A stretch of DNA of 64,000 nt from Cyanophora paradoxa CCMP329. Taxonomy: Eukaryota > Plantae > Glaucophyta. The stretch is from the NCBI GenBank assembly GCA_004431415.1, contig QPMI01000068.1:124001-188000 (forward strand). The letters run 5' to 3'. Numbering within the stretch: the stretch's first letter is position 1; the number at the start of each line of letters is the position of its first letter. The notes beneath the pieces are model-generated. The model worked only from the letters and a program-made list of their open reading frames with translations. It did no database searches and had not been told where the DNA came from. Made by a program: the position numbers and the translations under genes. Below, piece after piece: positions 54,950-64,000 of this stretch.

Positions 54950-55903
54950 GGGCAGCGCGGGCCGCCTCGATGATATGACGGTCAACGGGGTTCGGCTGGA
55001 CCTGGCGGGGGCCCCGGTGAGCGCGAGCGAGCCCGAGGGGCAAGCCAGCGCAGCTCGACGCACGGGGGCGCTCGAGGACTCCCCCGCCAAGGCCCGTATC
55101 TCGTCCTGCCGGCGTGCGCAGAGCGCGCGCGAGAGTTAAGAGCGGTGAGCTGCGCCCCGGCCGCTGGGCGCGCGCGCCTGCAGGGCGGCGAGGCGGGCGC
55201 GCTGCGAGTCGAACTGTGCCTCCGTGTGCGCCACCTCCGAAGCCAGGCGCCGAACCTCTGCCTCCATCTCCGCCAGGCGGCCCGGACCCGGCGCCGGCGC
55301 GCCCGCCGCCGCCGCCGCGTCCGAGCGGGGCGCGCGCGCGCCCAGCGCGGCGCGGATGGCGGCCGCGCAGGAGTCGAAGCGCAGCGCTTCGGCGTCGGAC
55401 AAAAGCGCGGGGAGGGGAATGCCGGCGGGGACGTGGAGCAGCCCCGTCCTTAGGTAGTCGAGCAGAACCGCAAAGCGTTCGGGGGCCCTGCGATGGCCCA
55501 CCGTCAGAGGTGAAAGAGCGCAGCTGGAGGGGCGCTCGCCGGTCGAGGAAGATAGGCCGCCCGTGCGCCCCGCCGTGCGCGTCCGCGAGCGCCTCGCGAT
55601 AGAGCGGCGACTGCGGTTCGGCGGCCCTGCGGGGGTGATCAGGCGCGGCAGGAATGGCCGCAGCGCCCAAGACGCACAGGGTCGAAAGACGGGTCCGCAT
55701 CAGCTTTCCGCCCTGCGCACGCGGCGAATGATCAATGTTTACAGCAGACGAAGAGTAAGAGCGCGGACTACGGCCCCGCGTGGGCTCTCCTTGGCGAGAG
55801 CCGCGCGCATCAATGGCGGGCGGCGCACGGCATCGATGGTCACGGAAGCTTCGGCAGCGTGTTCAGGAGCGTGGTGCAGATCGACAGACGTGCCGGGGTC
55901 CAT
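54950..55903 (-). CDS. Spliced BTB/POZ (KCTD / K+ channel T1-type) domain protein with coiled coil; 3' end uncertain
   Basis: Exon 55903-55829 (MDPG...SVTIDA) splices to 55712 (GGKLMRTRLSTL...PIFLDR), then APERFAVLLDYLRTGLL...LLSDAEAL, a T1-type BTB consensus. Confidence 0.8.
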
Positions 55904-55997
55904 TCTGTGAAGCGGCTGAAGTTGGCAGTGAGCCCCTGCGGGGGGTACACGCAGTCGCCTGTGTCGTTAGAGCACGGTCGAAGCATTGCGACCAGCC

Positions 55998-58183
55998 ATG
56001 CTCGGCTACGTGCGGGCGAAAGAGGACCTCGTCCATGTAAAGCGCGTCATCGAGAAGGGCGAGATCCGAGCGGATGGCCTCGACAGAGAGCTCGCCCAGC
56101 TCGACGCCAAGCTCAGCTCCGAGCTTGCGGCGATGCAGGCTGCCCTGCAGGAGGAAAGCAGCGCGGTCGCTGCTGCGCAGGCCAAGGCCGAGGAAGTCAA
56201 CGCGGTCCTTTCCAAGACGATCACATCTGTGACCTCCCTCGCTGCATGCGTGGTGCGCACCGCCTTACATCTCCGCTATGATGGCTTGTGCCGCCTCAGC
56301 GGCGCCCTTCGTGGCCCTTTCATGGCGGATTGCGTCCGCCACCGCCTCCCGTCGATCCGATCCGAGCCCCTCGAGCGCAGTCGTCGCTGTCATCGAACCG
56401 GGAACGCGTCGATGACTTTGTGGAGCGCTGCCATCAGGTCCCCGCGCCCCCGGCCGATAATTGGTCGTTCGAACGTAACCGGCCAGCAGGAGCTGGCCTC
56501 CTCGAGGCACGAGCGCGCGGCGATGCATAAGCGCATGGATCAGCTCGAGATGGGCTTCCGCCGCGTCTCGGAGGAGAATGACCTGCTCCGGGCGCAGCTC
56601 GGTCTCCTCCACCAGGTTTCTGGCGGGAAGGTGGGCGCCGCCCCGCGCCCGCCCCGCTGCGCGTGCGCCGATAGAGCGAGCGCTCTCAGATGCAGCAGTT
56701 CGTACCGGCGGCGGAGGCGAAGGCGAAAGAGACGGACTCGGCGGCTGCGCGGCTGATGACGATCATCCTGGAGCACGAGCGGCTGAGGCGCGTGGCGGCG
56801 GAACAGCAGGAGCGGATCGAATCCCTGACGGGCCGCATCGAATCGCTCACGGTGGACCTTCTCGACGCGGACCGCCGCTTTGCCGACTTTCAGGTCCGCT
56901 GTTCCCCTCGCCGCGCCGCGCCGCGCAGGCTGAGCGCGCGTTCAGCGCGAGGAGACCGCCCGCGTGGCGGAGCGGCTCCGGCTGGAGGGCATGTGCCGCG
57001 CGTTGGCGTCCAAGCTGTCGCAGGCCGCCTCGGTCAAGGATGGGGAGGAGCCGCTGGCGGCGCCGCCCGTCGCCGCCGCCCCGACGACGGGCCTGACGCC
57101 CTCGTCGTCCCTGCCGCCGTCCCCCTGCGACCCGTCGCCCGAGGAGCCGTCGACCCCCGAGCAGCTCAAGGCGGCGCCCGCCGCGCCCGAGCCCGCGGCG
57201 GCGGCCCCGGCCCCGGCGGCGGAGGCGAAGGAGGAAGAGCCGGCGGCCGCGGCGGGGGAGGAGCGCGCCGAGGCCGAGTTGGAGTCGCCCGCTGAGCTGG
57301 CGTCGCTGCACGCCGCCTCGGCCGCCTTCGCGCGGGCCGTGGCTGCCGACGCTGTCTTCGCCGCCTCGGGCGAGGCGCGCCGCGCCGAGGGCGACGCCGG
57401 TCGGCCCGAGCTGGCCCGCCTCGGAGAGGCTCTGGACGTCCTCGTCGCGGCCGGCTCGCGCGGCCGGTGCGCCCTTCTCTCGTCGTTGTTTGTTGTTGTC
57501 GTCGTCGAGCCGGGGCGCAGGTCGGCCGGGCTGCTGGGCCGCCGCCGGGCGGGGGGCTACGGCGCCTGGGAGCTCCTGCACTCGCACGCGACGGGCGCCG
57601 AGGAGGAAGACGCCCGCCGCTCGGAGGCGCCCCTCGCCCCCTACGGTGCGCCCCCTCCGCCCCTCCGCCCCCTCTGGTTTCCGAGGCCGCGCCCGCCCGC
57701 CCGCGCAGCCGCCGCCGCCGCCGCCGGCCGCGAGCTCACCCGCATCCTTTCCGACATGGTTGAGGCAAGCGCGCACGCGCCGCGCGCGCGCCTTCGCCTC
57801 TCTAACCAAGGCCGGGGCCGGCAGGTCGCGGCGGCGCGGGGCGAGCTGAAGGGCCGCTCGGCGCTCGACGTGCGCCGCGCGCAGCTGGCGGCCTTCGTGC
57901 GGGGCGCCCTCAAGTGCGCCTCCGCCTCCGCCTCCGCCTCCGCCTCCCGCCCCGCCTCCGCCCCTCACGGCGCGGGGGGCGGCAGCAAGCGGGTGCTCTC
58001 GGAGACCGTGCACGCGGCGCTGGAGCACCACGCGGCCGGCGGCGACCTCGCGGCCACGCACGAGCCGGGGGCGCCCATATCCCTCCCGAGGTCCGGGACG
58101 GCGCCGCCGCCGCCCTGGCGCCCCTGCGCCACGCCGGGCCCTTCGCCTACAGCATCGGCCTGCGCTTCGAGGACCGCGAGTGA
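55998..58183 (+). CDS. Spliced host coiled-coil / Ala-Pro-rich protein, function unknown
   Basis: Heptad-rich exons (LDRELAQLDAKLSSELAAMQAALQEE; MDQLEMGFRRVSEENDLLRAQL; EQQERIESLTGRIESL) separated by intron-like intervals. Confidence 0.5.
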
Positions 58184-61100
58184 GGCCCGGGGCGGCTGCA
58201 CCGCGCCCGGCCCGCCGAGCGACGCGCGAGGGGCGCGGCGAGACCCCGCGGCGCGCGGCTCTCCCCGCGAGCGACCCTGGGAGTGCCGCAGCCGCCGCCT
58301 GTTTTCTGTGTATGTCTATGTGTGTTGGAGCTTTCAAGCGACCGGTTGCGAGGTGCAGCCATTCCTCGCGATCGTGCGCATCCGTCGCGGCGCACGCATG
58401 CTTATATATGCCCTCCGGATCCCGCCGCGGCGCTCGAGCTGGGGCGTTATATTGTGCAACACCTTCGCTTCGCGATATCGATCGACTACAATAGTTGAAT
58501 CTCGACAGAAACCGATATCGCGATCGCGGATTGCAAAAATTGCTTATACCGCTTCGAATTCGATTCTTCATAAAACAAATGATCATGAAAGAGATCTTAA
58601 GCTTGCAATTGCCATATATGATATATAGATCGACTGCTCGACCGATATCGATGTCAACGTTTCTGGGCTATATATGGCCACTTCATGATCATTCGCTCTT
58701 TTTACTACTAAGTTATACATGTGGTCAGCTGCAAGACAAATATTAATCTTTCCGATATAATCTTGAGCAGTGACTCAGACAGACTGCCAATAATGAATTG
58801 CTGCAGCATCGAAGCTGCAGCTCGTTCCGATCCGCTCATTCCGGGGCCAGGCCTAGAACAATAGGGAATGCTGTGTGCCTCAGGGCCTGAGCATACCGAC
58901 AAACGTTACTGAGTTATACACTAAATCACGAAATAAACGATTTCTCAATAGCACTGGGGCACGTTTTGTGCGCGGGGCGGGCCTGCCTATCTCGGCAAGG
59001 TTTATACACTAAAGAAACGAAAGAAACAAGCTCTAGATCTAGATATCGAGGGCGACGACAAATGCGTGCGATGAAATCCTTAGAATGGGCAATTTTTGTG
59101 TCAAAATAGTACTGAGTAATGTACAATGTATACGTAGCTATAGACTCGGAGATAAAAGGAAAACGCGATTCGAAGGGCGGCCGTGCACGTGATTACCAAG
59201 GCGATAGTACGTACAGATTGCACTATAGGAAATTGAAAGTTGGACTGCGGCTCTCAGAGTCTTGGATGCTACCTAGAACAGCGGAAACCTGACGTAATGT
59301 CCCACGAAGCGAAGTTGCGACCGGGCCGGGCGGACCCGGGCGCGACCCTTCGTCGTTTCGATGGCAAGCAAAGGAAGACGCGGCGATCCCGAGGCGGCGG
59401 CAGCCGAAGTCAAGGGTTACGAGTTCCGTCTAGAAGCCGCCGGAGCAGTCGCCGCGGCCGAGCAGCTGCAGGCCCATCCCTACGCCCGGAAGCCGGTCGC
59501 GGGGGCTCCCCATCTGAGTCGAGATCCACGACGGAACAGGAGCCGAGGGCAGGCCCCACTGCTCCGCCAGCGGCGCGATCGGGACCTGCAGCTGCGCCGG
59601 CGCGATACGAATGTCAGAAAATTGCCGAATTCGAAAGGAATCTGAGTGGCGGAGCCGGCGCCGGCGCGCGCACCGGGCGCATGCGGGACGCAGGCACGTG
59701 CACGGGCCGAAGACTCTGGCCATGGCCGGCGAAAGATTGGAAGAGGAACAATTCGCCAGGGGCCGCCCCGACCGGCGCGCCGCCAAAGGCGAGGGGCGCA
59801 GCACCCGCTTCCGCCGCCAGTGAGCCGCGGAAGGCAAGGGGCGCAAAGTAGGAGTCGTCGTCGGCTGCAGCCACAGCCGGGAAGCCGTGCAGGGCGTGCG
59901 CGACCAGCGCGGGGTCGACCTCCCTAGCGTCGATCGCGATCCCGGCGCCGAAGTCGAAGGCGGCGTCGCGGTCGAGGTCGTCGAGGGGCGCCGGCGGGCT
60001 CGCGCACGTCCCGGGCGAGCTGGGCACGCTCCACGCCGCCTCCGAATTCGAAGCGGACGCCGATCGCGAGGCGCACGAGGCGGCGGCGGATCCCGCGGTC
60101 GGGTGCATCTGCACGGCCGCCGCCGCCGCCGCCGCCGCCGCAGCTGACGGCGCCGCCGCCGCGCAGGAGGCGATGCTGGAGCGGCGGCTCGCGGCCGAGG
60201 CCGAGGACCTCCCCGAGCGCGCGCTGCAGCCCGAGCCCGAGGGCGATCGCGAGCTGGCCTCCAGCTTCACGCGGACGGCGCGGTCGACGTCGGCCTGCAC
60301 GCGCCGCGACCGCTTTCGCTTCGCCATCGCCCCGGCTGCGCGCGCGGAAAGGACTCGCGTCGGCGGACAGGTGCAGGCGCGCGACAGGTCGCGATCGGCG
60401 TGATCGCAATCGTCATTGTCGCTCACCCTTCAGCTCATGAAGGACCTCGGGAGGGGCGGCCCGCGAGGCAAGGCCGGCCTTGTGTGCCCGCGTGACAATC
60501 TCGATCACCCCGCGGGGGCTAATGCTCGGCTTGATGTCTTCGCCGGCCGCGGTTTGCGTCTGGCTGCCGATGCGTTCGACTTGGATCTTGAGCTCGAAAG
60601 TGCGCCTCTCGTGCCGAAACTGCGGTGCGATGCGTTAGGAATATATGGTCATGATCGAGAGCACAATTGCAAGCAAATGGGCAACTACAAATATCGATGA
60701 GAGCCGATAAAGTTCGAATTCGTGTATATTTTTGCATACAAGAATCTCACCGTGGAAGCCAGGACGCCGAAAGTCTCTCCAGATTCTCCATTCTCGTTGA
60801 TCGTCATCCGCACCTAACCGAAACGTTACCCATCGCGATGAGTACGGATTCATTCAATGAGCCCCCCGCGAGTGAACAGATCTACACTGTGATAGCTAGA
60901 AGCTGCAGACACTGGTACGCATGTAAGCGCAAGGACTCACCACGCGCGTCTGCCGCGAATTGCGAAGGGCGCTGGAGCCGTTGGCGCCGACCTCGAACTC
61001 GAGCAGGGGGCCGCCGTCCTCTTTCGCGGGCGCCTCGTCGATCTCCTCCAAATCGTCCAGCGCCACGTCTCCGTCTGTACATGTGCGGATGCATGCGTTC

Positions 61101-62061
61101 GCAGACGGCGACAGAGAGGAGGGGTATCCACGCGAGAGACTCGCACGTTTCGCGGCGAGCTCGCGGAGCCGCTTCGTTCGCCCGTACTTGGCCGGCTTGT
61201 CCGGTCGCACGGCGTGCATGACCGTGCTCCCGTCGTCTGAAAGAGCGCACCGCCAGAGCGCCAGCGTTAGCGCACATCGAGGAGGCTGACCGCATTCATG
61301 CGCACCTTGGTAGACCAGCGACACCTGAAGCGACGTGCCCATCCAGGACGCGATAGCAGCGGGACTCAGGTCGGCGAGTCGAAGCTTGTATTGCCTGCGA
61401 AGTCCGAATTCGCATATGCGTGAGAAAGGTTCCTTGACAAATTAAACATCGGGCCGCAAGTCGGCAAACAAGCTTCAATTGCAACATACATAATTATGAG
61501 TGCACGTGGGATCTGCATCCGCAGCTCCTAAAAGCATTTCACTAGCGTATAGCTACATACATGGAATGCGCGCGCGTTTAAGCTTCCGTGCACGCTAAAT
61601 AACTATAAGATCACCTTTATTTTCGATAGGCCGCTAGGTATATATACGGGCCTTTGTGAAGCGTTGAGCTCTCGAGCTTGCCCCTTCGCTGTCAATGCAT
61701 TGTTAACCCTCGGAGGTTGCATGAGTCACGCGTCGCGGAGGTTTGGGTGTTATATTGCGATCAGGTACACGCTGCACTAACAGGGGGGCTAGCACTAACC
61801 GACGCGGGGAGTAACAGCCGGTGTACCCCTCGGGGGGCCTCCCGGCCTCTAACGATGCTCAGGCTCTAACTGAATGCTGTACCCCCCGCTGTTACTGCCC
61901 GAACCTTCCGAACTTGCGTAATTCGGCCTCGCCCTGTACCCAGTGGCTGGTGTCGTCCATCCATTCGCGTACCTCCCTCTGACGCTTGAGTGACTCACGC
62001 TGCTCGGGGTAGGGAGGGGGGCCTTCGAGGCGGGGTGGGGAAGGGGGTACGGTGGCAAAAT

Positions 62062-62628
62062 TCAGCCACTCGGGGGTATGCCGAATTCGCCGTGAACGAT
62101 CCTCTGCGGTGTGAAATACCGGTCGCTGCTCACGGCCAAGTGGAAGAACGCGCTCCTGAGCCCGGAGAGGAAGCGTGGTTGCATGAATGGCTGCTGGAGG
62201 GACTCGTCGCGCCAGGGGGCTACGAAATCAATGATACGCTGCTGTACCTGCGCGGGCAGGGCAAGGATCTGGCTCTTGCGGTTCGCAAAGGCCGTCCACA
62301 GCGCTTGCAGGTCGGCCCAATCGCCGTTCAGATCCCTGCGTTCGCGCCTCAGGTACGATCTCGGGTTCTCTGTCATACCCATCAAGCCCGCGGCCCTGAT
62401 CATCTCCCTGTCCGGGAGCTCTCGCTCGTCGTGGAATTCGTCTCTAATCCAGCGCACAAGGTAGAGCACGCGCTCCATGAAGTTCTCCGCCGGCGAGCCG
62501 CCCCCTGAGGACGTGCGCCTCCCCTCCAGCACTGCGTTCGCATCCTCCAAGTCCACGTTCCGCTGTCGAATCTCCCCGTCCAGGTCGCCGTTGTTGTACA
62601 GCACGTCGGACTCGCGTGTTCGCGCCAT
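62062..62628 (-). CDS. Intronless 188-aa orphan protein, paralogue of 62663-63358
   Basis: Shares F..V..L.RW, AG, SY.R, W.A....I..LP......I, RD and LS.LRSA with its neighbour. Confidence 0.7.
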   Translation of the reverse strand: MARTRESDVLYNNGDLDGEIRQRNVDLEDANAVLEGRRTSSGGGSPAENFMERVLYLVRWIRDEFHDERELPDREMIRAAGLMGMTENPRSYLRRERRDLNGDWADLQALWTAFANRKSQILALPAQVQQRIIDFVAPWRDESLQQPFMQPRFLSGLRSAFFHLAVSSDRYFTPQRIVHGEFGIPPSG

Positions 62629-62662
62629 GCTCGCGGCTCGGTGAGAATTTATACCTGTACCC

Positions 62663-63358
62663 CTACTCGCGGTCGGGGTACCTGTCGCCGGGCATCAGCC
62701 TCGCGCGCTTCCGCATCTCCGCCTCCCCGGGTAGCCAGTTCTTCGGGTCGTTGCTCCACTCCTCCCATTCGCGTATGTCCCGTCTGACGTCACGCGGGCG
62801 GGGGCGTTTATCGGTGGGGCGGGCGGGGCTGGCAGGGCCTGGCGCGGGGGTTGAGGCCCCTGTTCCACGAGTACTCGGGTACTCTTCCCATCCCAGGGGT
62901 ACCAGATTCATCGGAATTGGCTCAACTTCGAATTGGGGCTTTTTGACGTGATAATCATAGTTTGTGACATACGCCGTCACAGCCGAGCGCAAGCGCGAGA
63001 GGTCGCGCAAATTTACGTCGTCCCATTGCGAGTCCCTTGCCTTCGCGTACCACTCGAGGATTTGCATGCGAATGTGGTCCGGGAGGGTCGAGAGTATGCT
63101 GAGCTTGGAGCCCAGGGCGAACCAGATGCGCTTGAACTCGTCGATAATCCTGCCCTCGTCGTGGCTCCGGACGTATGAGGCCCCGCCATAGTTGTAATGG
63201 CTGTCCAGCCACCCTGCCCGGGCCAGCTCCAGCACCGGCCAGGGTTGGCGCTGTCGATTCGGTCGCGAGGCCTGCTCTACCACCCAGCGTCTAAGGTCCT
63301 TGACCTGATCTATGAACTGTGCGATCACGTCCTTGGGCGCTTCCTCTGCATCCGACAT
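62663..63358 (-). CDS. Intronless ~231-aa orphan protein, paralogue of 62062-62628
   Basis: See the neighbouring ORF; likely start MSDAEEAPK. Confidence 0.7.
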   Translation of the reverse strand: MSDAEEAPKDVIAQFIDQVKDLRRWVVEQASRPNRQRQPWPVLELARAGWLDSHYNYGGASYVRSHDEGRIIDEFKRIWFALGSKLSILSTLPDHIRMQILEWYAKARDSQWDDVNLRDLSRLRSAVTAYVTNYDYHVKKPQFEVEPIPMNLVPLGWEEYPSTRGTGASTPAPGPASPARPTDKRPRPRDVRRDIREWEEWSNDPKNWLPGEAEMRKRARLMPGDRYPDRE

Positions 63359-63408
63359 TTGCAATTGCACACATCAAGAAATTCTAAACGCTACTGCGAG
63401 ACCAAGTC

Positions 63409-64000
63409 ATGCATACCGATACAGATTGCGAGACTTGCGAGAACTTGCAACAGGGGAGCGCGGCGTGGCACGCGGCGCGCCGCGAAAAGCTAACTGCCTC
63501 GAACTTTGCGGCTGCGTGCGGCATAAATCCCTGGAAATCCAGGGCCCGCCTCTGGGCGGAGCTAAGCGGCATAGCGGAGGAAAACAACTTCGACAACCCT
63601 GCGCTAACCTACGGGCATGACTATGAGCCCTTCGCGGTCTCTCTCTACAAAACGTCGAACAACAACGTGGACGTGCAACATACTGGATTGCACGAACATA
63701 AGGAACTGCCCTTCCTGGCGGGCAGCCCGGACGGGCTGATTGGAAGCGATCGTATACTTGAAATAAAATGCCCCTACAAACAAGAACTCTACGAAAAGGT
63801 CCCAACTTATTACATGCCCCAGCTCCAGGGCCTGCTGGACATAACGGGCCGCGAGTGGGCCGAACTTTTTTGCTTCACTCCTCTGCGCGTGCAAACGTGG
63901 TACGTCAGACGGGACGAGAGGTACATCAAGCTCATGAGGAAGTGCTTACATCTATTTTGGATGCACGTCAAGGAGGGCACGCCGCCCGAGCCCTACAGCG
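63409..64000 (+). CDS. YqaJ-like viral recombinase / lambda-exonuclease family nuclease (runs off the window; not in the ORF track)
   Basis: QQGSAAWHAARREKLTAS...GINPW...NPALTYGHDYEP...FLAGSPDGLI...LEIKCP...YYMPQLQG. Confidence 0.92.
   Translation, partial: MHTDTDCETCENLQQGSAAWHAARREKLTASNFAAACGINPWKSRARLWAELSGIAEENNFDNPALTYGHDYEPFAVSLYKTSNNNVDVQHTGLHEHKELPFLAGSPDGLIGSDRILEIKCPYKQELYEKVPTYYMPQLQGLLDITGREWAELFCFTPLRVQTWYVRRDERYIKLMRKCLHLFWMHVKEGTPPEPYS

Overview
GC-rich, intron-containing eukaryotic (probably protist or algal) genomic DNA carrying a rearranged AT-rich endogenous Polinton-like virus (PLV)/Maverick-type element from before base 1 to about 36518. The element encodes a likely rve-integrase tail, a DUF723-type Zn-ribbon protein, a protein-primed PolB (proofreading motifs eroded, one in-frame TAA), a PrimPol-D5/SF3 primase-helicase, an A32-like packaging ATPase, a double-jelly-roll major capsid protein and two head-to-head penton paralogues. 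The morphogenesis module is present three times through two nested tandem duplications (about 4.99 kb and 7.49 kb), while the replication genes are single copy. Two identical, inverted 93-bp iteron hairpins (candidate origins) bracket the primase-plus-capsid block, and one duplication breakpoint falls inside a third copy. An ~8.1-kb GC-rich host-like segment appears to split one viral gene. To the right are an 11.6-kb non-coding element with A1..B1-A2-B2 split direct repeats filled with satellite arrays (TOC1/Ngaro-like), a hAT-type MITE with its empty site next door, spliced host genes (BTB/KCTD-like, SAM-like, coiled-coil), and at the right edge a compact intronless cluster (two orphan paralogues plus a YqaJ exonuclease) that may start a second virus-derived insert. 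All calls come from reading motifs by eye; no database searches were run.
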